The notes under the pieces are model-generated. The model worked only from the letters and a program-made list of their open reading frames with translations, had not been told where the DNA came from and did no database searches. From Raillietiella orientalis (taxonomy: Eukaryota): a stretch of DNA of 64,000 nt. The position numbers and the translations under genes were made by a program. Position 1 is the stretch's first letter. Each line of letters starts with the position of its first letter. Shown piece by piece: positions 13,709-23,330 of this stretch. The stretch lies in assembly GCA_036172245.1 (NCBI GenBank), contig JAYWIR010000034.1:744001-808000 (forward strand), written 5' to 3'.

Positions 13709-14737
13709 ATGTGTGGTCTGTATTTTAAAAATTGTCTTCAAAGACTTCATGTACCTGTTATGGCAAGAGAAGTTGTGGAAGGTTTGCAAATAGAGCCTAA
13801 AGGGACATACATAGATATGACATTTGGTGCTGGAGGACATACCAAAGCCTTGCTTGAAACTGACAGCACTATAAGAATAGTTACCATGGATAGAGACCCA
13901 GTATCCCATAAGCTGGCCAAAAGTCTTCAAGAAGAAGTGAAGCATCAAGTGATCCCATTAAAGGGGAAATTTAGTAACCTTCCTGCATTGTTGGATGAAA
14001 TTGGCATTTTTCCTGGTTCGGTGAATGGTTTTATTTTTGATTTGGGGTGCTCTTCAATGCAGCTGGATCAAGCAGAAAGAGGATTTTCTCATACTAAGCC
14101 AGGCCCTTTGGATATGCGTATGGACAATAGTGAAGACTCATTAACAGCTGCCGATATTGTTGCATATTGTGAGGAAGATTACTTGGCAAAAATCTTAAAA
14201 GCGTATGGAGAGGAAAGAGCTTCAAAGAAAATAGCACGTGCTATAGTAGAGAGTCGGCACATGTTGGGAAAGCTGAAACTAACAACAGAACTATCAGCAT
14301 TGGTTGCCGAAGTTTTAGGTTACAAGTATGGTTTAGATATGCTGGCGAGACCTGCTCATGTAGCAACTCGCACTTTTCAAGCATTACGAATGTTTGTTAA
14401 CAATGAAATTAATGAGCTTTCCTGTGGAATGGAGTTGGCATACTATTACCTGAAAGCCGGAGGTCGTATTGCAACCTTGTCTTTTCATTCCTTGGAAGAT
14501 CGTCTTATTAAACAACACCTCACAGGACCACAGGGTTGTATTTCCTCATCATCTCCACACGTTGCATCTCAGTGGAGAAGTCCCACTACATTTCATGATG
14601 AGGAGAGTATGAAGATGGTGATGAAAAGGCGCTGGAAACAGCTTCACAAACATGTGCAATTGCCCAATGATGATGAGGTGGCCCAGAATCCACGTTCCCG
14701 TTCAGCAAAGTTAAGAATAGCCGAAAAGTGTGATTAG
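13709..14737 (+). CDS. METTL15: Mitochondrial 12S rRNA m4C methyltransferase (RsmH/MraW family), intronless
   Basis: HVPVM, YIDMTFGAGGHT, DRDP, FDLGCSSMQLD..ERGFS..GPLDMRMD, YGEER, ATRTFQALRMFVNNE, SFHSLEDR, NPRSRSAKLR: the full RsmH/METTL15 motif set. Confidence 0.96.
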   Translation: MCGLYFKNCLQRLHVPVMAREVVEGLQIEPKGTYIDMTFGAGGHTKALLETDSTIRIVTMDRDPVSHKLAKSLQEEVKHQVIPLKGKFSNLPALLDEIGIFPGSVNGFIFDLGCSSMQLDQAERGFSHTKPGPLDMRMDNSEDSLTAADIVAYCEEDYLAKILKAYGEERASKKIARAIVESRHMLGKLKLTTELSALVAEVLGYKYGLDMLARPAHVATRTFQALRMFVNNEINELSCGMELAYYYLKAGGRIATLSFHSLEDRLIKQHLTGPQGCISSSSPHVASQWRSPTTFHDEESMKMVMKRRWKQLHKHVQLPNDDEVAQNPRSRSAKLRIAEKCD

Positions 14738-15332
14738 ATTCCCAAGGAGGTAATGTATGCTTGCTTGATTATGATCAGCAATAGATCCTATTTGTTACAC
14801 ACCAAAAACTTCTATCAATACGAATGTTTCTGTTGCATAATCTTGTTTTTGAGTCTCCATTACGGTAATTCAGTCATAATTCTTTCTTCGTTGCGGTATT
14901 GGACAAACATGGAGAACCTTAGTGGTTAATATGTGTTCTCCATTCATGCAATCAGCTACACCACAAACGGTCGGATCATTTTTATAGTTTCCCATCACCA
15001 CTGTTCCATGCGGTGGCCGATTTATTGTTAGCAGAAGCACATACATTATGTGGTCTTGCTGAAACAACGAACGTTCGTACTCAGTGACTCCTTAATTTCT
15101 GAATACATCAGATTATATGGTTGCAGTTTCGTCTTGGTCGGCGTGGAAAAGAACTTCCACTCTCTACATTGAGATTGAGATATTCTCCTATACATCCTCC
15201 CTTCTCCACATTAACATTACTGTTACAGGTTTAGATGCTCCTCGCAGTAATTGGAGATTTCATGAGAATTACACATCAGTGTAAGTCAACGAGAAGCATC
15301 ATTGATAACACTTGAATTGCAATCCAGATTGT

Positions 15333-15338
15333 AATAAA
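15333..15338 (+). terminator. Candidate poly(A) signal for the UQCC2/METTL15 transcript
   Basis: First AATAAA I could find downstream of the METTL15 stop; weak evidence in AT-rich DNA. Confidence 0.3.
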
Positions 15339-18300
15339 AGTTTATGGAAAGATTAAAGTTTTTTCTCTAAACACTGCAGTTTTTCAAAAGATTGCGTTTG
15401 CGAGCAGATCCGTGTATTTCTGAATACTACGGCAGTAGAATCATGCAAAAATGGGTGCATTCATCCAGTGGGTTCATCCGTCGTCATCAAGGTTCCATCG
15501 TGATGCTGCCTCTTCGATTCTACGCTAAAGAGAGGACTCGTGGGATCCACATTGGGAGCGATGCGATGGCATGCACCTGAATCCTGCATTTGATGCTACA
15601 TCCTGCATGTAGGATCGTTAGTCTCCTTTTGATATAGACAAACTCTGCATCTTCACAAGAATATTTGCTTCTGTAACGCAAGAAGCTTTCTTCAAGTTGT
15701 CCGAAGAAAGCAAAAATAATAAAAAAATAAAAAAACGGTATTGTGTTTTGTGTTTCTCTTTAGTCGCCGTCTTCTCGGATGCCATCGAATGGCATCCGAG
15801 GAAGTCTAATCCAAAAGATTCGCCGTAAGGTCTAATCCAAAGGATTTGAGGAAACTGGGAAGAGAGAGAGAGAGACAAAAAAAGCAATCCTTTAATTTCT
15901 AATTTCCACAGCAAAGTGTAGCATAATTGTCTTCGGTGTGTAGAAATGATGTGATTTTCCTATTCTGGCACCTGTGGATTGCAAAGGCATGAAAGCAAAT
16001 CTTTGTATAAGTGCTTTTGCAACCGATGGCGTAGGAAAAGTGTTTGCTTTCAGGCGTCTAGAATTTCTCTTCCGTCTAGAAGTCGTTCTATCGTAAACGA
16101 TTCCTTGTTCTATATTATTGTTATGGAGCGTTAATAGAGGGTTATTTTGAAATTTGTGCTCCCCACAGGCGGGGTGCTGACGTATCTATCCGTTCGTTCG
16201 TTCTTGCAGCATCGTACTTACGAATGTGGAAAAAAACTTGGAAGATGTCTGCAAGGATTTGAACTTTGGGGCTCCCCTTTTTGTAGATTTCGGTCTGCTT
16301 CTCCTCCCTCATTATTTTCCCTGTGTTGGCAGATGTTTTCTTCATCCCTGCTTCGTGATCTATTCTTCCGCCTCATTTGCTTTGATTTCTTATTTTGTTT
16401 AGCGCCTGTTTGGAGAGGTACTTTCTGCGCGCAAACGATGGATCATTTTAATTTTATGAAATGGACTGAGGCATCTTTTGGTGGTTTCATGCATGCAGTA
16501 AATCAAAAAGTTTCTCTGTTCTGGGCGGGATCGAAGAGGCCCGCTAGCTTGGTTGAGAAAGAAATGTAGATTTGATGTCATCCTCAGTCCAATTTTTCTT
16601 CCCCGTTTCCCATGTTTATGAAATAGCCTTCGATCAATTAAAGCGAAAGAATTCTTTTTGGTGCGGATCGTTTCTTTGCGGTACTTGCCCGAGCGTTCAA
16701 GAGTTGGTCCAGATTCACAATTGGCCATTTGTTTCCCGAGTAGTGATTTTTGCGCATGGTCGTAAGAAATCATCACCATTATGCTGAGTGACCGGGTCTT
16801 TATTCTTTTGTACAATGTGATTTACAGATCACGACTTACTCCCGTGTGCCGGTTGTAGTTTCTTTCTTTCTTAAACCACTCGGCTGCACTCTCGGTCAAA
16901 CCGTTGGAAAATCTCTCCGTGGTTTCTTGAAGTTTTCCGTGGATTTCTCTTCCGGTCGCGTGATTTTCTCAAGTTGTGGCTAAACACGTTTTCCTATGGC
17001 GTGGTCCGCTTCATCCCGTTTTGAACACCCGTTTCCCCCTCCACCTTGGTTCAGGACGGTGATGTCGGCAAACGGAACGAATCCGCTTTTCCGTCATTGC
17101 CATTGCTTCCGAACACTGGACGTGTTGAGCTTTCCTTTCGTGTCGACGCAAGCGTTTCTCGGTGTCCGCGGTTCCCTTGCGCATCACCGTAAATTTCGTT
17201 GCTGAGGTCTCCGTGCACAGGATTCCCGGTCAGCACGCTTGCCTCGGAGAACGGATTCGCCTGTCGAGGGGACCAGCCTCCCGTGCCGTCGGTTTTGGCA
17301 TCGGGACCTCCGCGAGTTTAAAGTCTCTCCACGTCGGCGGAGTCCCAGAGGTAGGAGGCAGGATAAGCCGCATCTCCATCGTCGTGGAGCTTGATCAATT
17401 CCCATTCGTTGGGAGTGCGTCCGGCCGTTGGCCTGATGCGATGCTCGGATGCTCCGCGATCCGCTCTGCTTTTCTGATGACTCGGAAGCACTCGGAGTAC
17501 ACGAGTCTTGCAGCAAGAAGATGTTGGGCTCAGAGGTCTGCTGCTGGTCATGTGGGTCGGATCTTTCTTCTCGCTTCGTCTGACGGTGCCCCACTCCGAC
17601 GATTCGCGTGCGTGCTATCTTCGCCCTTATTCGGGTCGTCGTCGCGGCTGCTTTCCGAGTGTTGCTGATTTTCGGTATCGAGGAACGGACGGAGGCGTGC
17701 GAACCAGAAATGGGACGAAAGGCAGGGCGACCTGTCGGACCTCGCTCGGTGGCGACCGAAGCTCTTCGCATCTTGGCCGGCAAACAAAGGAAGGTCTGGG
17801 AAGGAAGGTGCACGGCTTTCACGCACGCACCCGCAGGCTTCCTAGACCCAGCTTCGCAATTGCAAAAGTCGACTGGCGTAAGCCGCATTTGACCGTTCTC
17901 TTCCGAACGAGACGCGCGAGGAGCGGGAGCGGACACTCCCGGATGTGTCTCTTCGTCCACCTTCCTGTACGTGTGAAGGCGAAGACGAAGACTGGTGGCA
18001 TCGTCTGGGGTCCGAATTGCACGCGTCCCCGTCGTTGGTGCCCACTACAGTGGCGACTCGAACAGAAGGAACGGAATAGTTCCTCCCGACCTTCCTGTGG
18101 AGCTCCGGATTCGGGGCGACGCCAGGAAATCGCCGACGAGCTTTTGCTCCTCCGTCTCGCTACCGTCTCCCCTGCCTCCAGCTAATCCTGTTGGAGGCAA
18201 GCCTGGAGGCCTTTGTGTGGCCAAGGCACGCTTCCCTCGCACGCGCTCCCGTCTGCGGAGTCGTCAGCGACCACTGAGACACCTGCTGGATTCGTCAGCC

Positions 18301-21300
18301 AGAGATGGCGCGTGCGTCTCATGCTATTCCCGCCTGGAACGGGATCCGCTCTGATCAGCCAAATGGGAAGGAACCACGGCGGGGGAGGGAAGGAACGCTC
18401 GGGCAGAGAGCGGTGGCTTCTGTTGGGAAGCTGACCTCAGGCGGCACACTCTGTTTGGCGCTGCTGGAGCGCGCCTCCACCGCTTGGTTCCTGCATTTCC
18501 CAGAGACCGGAAGAAGTGCAAGCGAGAAAAAAAAAAAAATTCGAATGAAGAGTTTTGGCATCCCTGAAGAAGAGAGCGAGATTTTTTTGTAAGCGGCAGC
18601 TTTGACAGGACGAGAGGAGGCCTTCGCGCTCTGACCAGCATCCTTGAGAAGAGGAGCGCACCACTTCAACCCGCTTCACGGCGAGTCCCCGCAGCCTGAG
18701 GTGCTCTGCGCGCGCGCGCTTTCCCGGTGCCGAATGGCATAACCGGTCGCCGGTTGCCCTTTTCAAAAAATCAAAGGGAGTCACAGCTCCCGTTCCGGTT
18801 GACCGGCTCCACTGCGACCAAGCGCACTGCAGGGAAAAGCGGCATCCAGGCGTCCTCGGCCTCTTCTGCGTCTCCTGAAGCCTTCCGGCTGGTCTGCGGA
18901 CATATCCCTTCCTCCGACGAAGACTCGCTGCAGGGAATGCTCTCGAGTGGAGCGTTTCCTCTCCGGAGGCGCGGCGAGTGGCATGGCGGCGGCACTCCAG
19001 CGAATGTCTGCGCCATTCCTCCCATGACAGGTGGCCGGCACCCTCTTCTTCGCGGGAAAGCCGGGCGAAGGAGGATCTCTCTAATGGAGAGGGACCAGTT
19101 CCCTCCCCGACGGAGCTCCCTTGGGGGATGGAGGACGATGAGGTTTCCGTTGTCCGTTTTTCCGAGACCAAGAGTAGGGATCTTGATCCGGGAACTGCTC
19201 TCACGCCTTCCCCTCCTTTCCTGGATCTGTTGGCAGATACATTTTTCGAGCCTCTTTGAAGGGAAGGGGGAAGAAGGAGTGGAGGGTCTCCAGCACGCAG
19301 AACGCCTTGGGGTGCTGCACCGCCAGTCCGCGCCATCCTTCCTTCCCATTGCCCCTTTTCTCCCGTCCCGATGCGAGAGGGATTCCTCCCCCCCCCCCCG
19401 CTCTTCTCGTGATCTGTTCCCGAGAAAGTGGATTCACGTGACGCCGAGGGAGGTCTCCAGGGCGTGCGCGGGGGCGCAAACGCCTAACTCCGGGAGTCAT
19501 GAGGATGGGGGAGGAGCACTCGCTCGAGAGGCCTCCACTCTGCTCCCCCTTGAACTCCTCACGGGCAGCAGGGGCCATGCCGCAAACCCGTCGAAGGCGG
19601 GAAGGGAAGGACGGCCGGCTCCCAGAGTAAAACGCCTCGCTCCAGTCGCATCCCAGGAGTTCATCCCAGGAGAGACGGGTGAAGGGAACCTGGATAAAGC
19701 CCCCTCCGCTCCATCCTCCGGAGGGACCTGTGCCTCTCATAGCTTCCCGGAGGCGGGGAGCAGGAGGAGTCCAGGCGCAGCTGGCGTACGCGCGCGAGCG
19801 TTTTTTGAGAACGTTCCGTCCGACGGGCGGAAGTGGCCACCGCGAATGGAATGGAGGCAGGAAAAAAGAAGCAGCGCCTCTCCCGGAGCCACCCTTTGGC
19901 AGTGCGACGTTTCCCTCGCTCCGCGCGCGCCCTTAACCGGGACAAAAAGGGGAAGGAGTAGCTTCCGGGAACGAGTTCGCTGCCGCAACTCCCGCGTGAC
20001 TTCCCTCTCGCGCGGGGCTGGGGGAAGCGGCCCTCGACGCTACGGGATTCTCCCCCCCCCCTTCCATGCGCCTGCTGGGCATTCCCCAGTTTTCCTGGCC
20101 CTGCGCGCGTGCTCTCGGCAGGGAGGAAGGGGAATGGGGGAGCAAAGCGGCGTCCCTTCACGTCCGGAAAGCCCGCGTAGCTGAGGCGCACCCCTCGAGG
20201 GAACCATTGCAGGGAAGGGCGAGGGAGCGCACGCACTCCCCCGCCTACTCCTGTGCCGCTTTACCCTCGGGCTGTAGGGCGTCTCCGGGAAGGCCAGAGG
20301 TCGGCGGCTACCCTTCCTCTCCCGCCCGCTGATTCCTGCCTGCAACGGTGAGGCGTGGGCCCCGACTCACCGGCGGGTGGGAGAGGTGCTCGAAGGGAAA
20401 GGGAGATTTCTGCCGTTCCCTGTGCTGCCTGGCGCGTTCAGGAGATGGGATGGGAGGGTGAGGGGGAAGACGGAGGTTCCTGTGGGAGGTGGAAAGGAGC
20501 GCCCAGGATGGTGGCTGAGGTGGCAGTGGCAGTCTCTTATGCTAGCGTCGGTCGCCCGCTCCCTCCCTCCCTCCTCCTCCTCCCTTCTCGTCGCCTGGCG
20601 ACGCCGCGGCGGCCTTGGCCTTGAACTTCTCGCGTCCCGAACACCTGAGCTCGCGAGAGGCAGGACAGCCGGGAGCGAACATCTGACTCCGAAAGCAGGG
20701 AAGGCGACTGCAGGGCGCCCCATTGGCTGGCGCGGCCGCAGGTGCCTCGGGACGCCGCGGCCGGCCGGGAAAAGGCGGGAGGGACGCGAGCTCTTGCGGG
20801 AGGAAGCCAGGGAGGAGGAGCCCAGGGACCGCACCACACCGGGTGGACGGCGGCTGGGCGCTCGCCGTGCCTTCTTGGAGTCACTGCTCCCCACGGGCGG
20901 AAGAGCGCGCGTTCATGTCGGGGATCGCCTCGCTCCCCCGTCTACTCGCTGAGGAGCTCTCCTGTGAGGAGGGAAGGGGAAGGGAGGGGGATCACGAGTT
21001 TTCCGGGCCCATCCTCAGAGAGGCGGGGGAGGGGGATATTCGGGCTCTGCACGGGGGGGAACAGTCCAGGAGCATTCTGGAATTTCACCGTGCATTCCCT
21101 TCCTATCCCCCTTCTCAACCTGTGCCCTTGTCCCCCGATGAGGGGGGAGCATGGCCGCCCCGTTTCCCGCTAACGAGAATCACTTATGGCGGGAAACGGT
21201 CGGCGTGTACGGGGGGAGGGGAGGGGAAGAAGAGAGGAGAAAGAAGGGGAGGATGGTCCCTCATCTGTGCCCTAACGCAGACAGAGGACGGGCCCTCGCC

Positions 21301-22543
21301 AGGAAGACCAGGTGCTCGGAAAAGGCGCTCAACGCGCTGCTGCCCTTCCGCGTACCCAAGTTGCCGTGGGTGCTGGAGGGCTTCCCCGGAGGGCCCACCC
21401 CGCTTTGCCCCCGGAGCAGCGAAGAGGTGGGACTGCGCGCCGCCACTCCGTCTGCCTTTCCGCCTGCCTACGTAAGGTCACGCTTGGACCGTAGGGGACA
21501 GGATGGGAGGGGCGACCTCGCGCGATCGCGGCTCCCGCCCTCGGTGGGGAGGGAAGCCCCGCCCTGCCTGGCTCCTCCCCGGACAGTGGGCCTCGGAAGC
21601 TCAAAAGAGGGGCCGGAGGGCCAGTGGCCACGAAGATGCCCCCTTCCTTCCTTCAGCAAGGGAAGCTCGCGAGGAGCTTCCCTTGCTGAAGCCGGGTGAG
21701 CGGACGGGTGCTCCCCCCTTTCGGGGACGGGCGGGGTCGCCGCTGCTCCGAGGGTGTGATGCTGTCCCCTTGAAGAGGTGGACGGCGGGCCCAGTCGCCC
21801 CGGGCGGGCGGACTCCCTGACCGGGGGTTGCGGCTGAAGCCCGAGGGTCCGCCTACAGGGACCGGCGCGAGGGCATCTCCTCAGCAAAGAGACGTAACGG
21901 ACGGCTCGCTCCCTGCTGGAGGGCGTTCCTCCTCGAGAGATCAGAGCAGAAGGAGCAGCACCCTTCCTCGGCCCAGTAAAGTTTCCCTGGTTTGAAGGGG
22001 AGCGGTGGTGCGCCACCTGTCGTGGGGGGCTGCCAGGACGGTGAGCAAAGGGCAGCTGGGCGTTGGAGCGAAGCAAGGCGCCGCCATGTCCCCTCTTCCT
22101 CCTTCCTTCTCCCCCTTCGATCTCGGCGGGCATCACGCGCGCACGTGATGGGTAGGCCTTTGGGCAGCTCAGTCTTCCCTGCGGACGACGATGAAGCTGC
22201 TGCCCCGCCCCTCCTTCCCTTCCGAGAGCCAGAGAAGGGCGGCGGGGAGGCAAAAAAAAAGGGAGAATCCTGCCTGTGACTCCCATTTTTCTGCACACTT
22301 CTCCTTTCTCGCTTTCACCTCCTACTGAAACGAAGGGGGCACTGGGCCTCCTGCATTCGGGAAGCGGCCCGTCTGGGACGAAGAGGAGGGGCGGAGAGGG
22401 GGCGATAGTCTCAACCTCTCCCCCCTCCCCCCTTTTTCGTCGCTTCCCTCCCCCGCCCGTTCCTCGTGTGAGGGGTGGGGTGGGTGGAAGAGGGAGGGAG
22501 TCAAAGGTTGCCCCCACTCCGTCTCTCGGATGGTCTAGACCAC

Positions 22544-22549
22544 TTTATT
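22544..22549 (-). terminator. Candidate poly(A) signal of prospero A
   Basis: AATAAA on the minus strand in an isolated AT-rich patch ~780 nt past the stop codon. Confidence 0.6.
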
Positions 22550-23330
22550 GAAAAATAAAATCTTCTTCTCTCCTTAGGATGATTCCCTCCTCCCTCTCGC
22601 CTGCGGCCTCCTCTCCCGGGGAGGGAGCGGGAAGGGACGGTTGGGGGCGGTGGAAGGCACACGAGCTTGGCAGGATGGGCTGGGGGCGCCGTCCCCCGAG
22701 AGTGGTCCTGCGGGGACTTTGGAGCGGGGGCGGCGGCGTGGACGGGTGGGCGGGCGACCGCGGGATCGGAGGCGTTGCTGGGAGACCGATTCGCGGGTGA
22801 ACTGGGTTGGGACGGACGCGCTCCGCTCTTACGTGCGTGTGTGTGCGTGCGTGCGTGCGTGATTTCTCAAGAGCTTGCGGAAGACGGGCGTAGAGGGTGG
22901 GGCGTAGGGGGGGGGGGATCTGGAGGAGAAAGAAAAAAAAAATTTCGCTCCCCCCGTCCTCCCACTCCTCCTGGAGATGAGAGAAGAGTGGAGTGGGGGG
23001 CGTGACGTACCTCCCGTGACTAGAAGAAGGGCGCGCGCGCGCCCGGAACCGGCGTGCTCGCCTCCCCGCCGTGCGGTTTCTCCGGTAACGGGTGGCGAGG
23101 GTGGACGGGGGTGGAAGAGGGGGGCGGAAGGGGAGGACATGACTAGTGCGTTACTCGGGACGACTGCGGCCAGGAGTGGGGAGGTGGGGAAGGGGTTGGG
23201 ACGGGGAACGAGGGTCCCGCGGGTCGAAGGCACGGCGTGTGCTCCTGGCCGCTCTCGGCGTTGCGGGGGAGGACGTCGTGGAGGAGAGGACGATGGCTCG
23301 CATCCCATCCGAACCCCTGGCCTCCCTTTC

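Noticed and set aside
13356..13743. Treating ORF 13356-13703 as the first exon of METTL15
   Set aside because: It is recognisably UQCC2 exon 2, and I found no phase-compatible donor near its end to join it to METTL15.
13709..14737. Bacterial rsmH by horizontal transfer or contamination
   Set aside because: Motifs such as DMTFGAGGHT, DMLARPAHVATRTFQALRMFVNNE and the C-terminal insert are of the animal METTL15 type, and composition matches the host flanks.
16399..16815. 138-aa ORF with a KKNSFALIDRRLFHK stretch reminiscent of retroelement integrase-adjacent regions
   Set aside because: No catalytic or zinc-binding motif, LTR or TIR visible; too weak to call.
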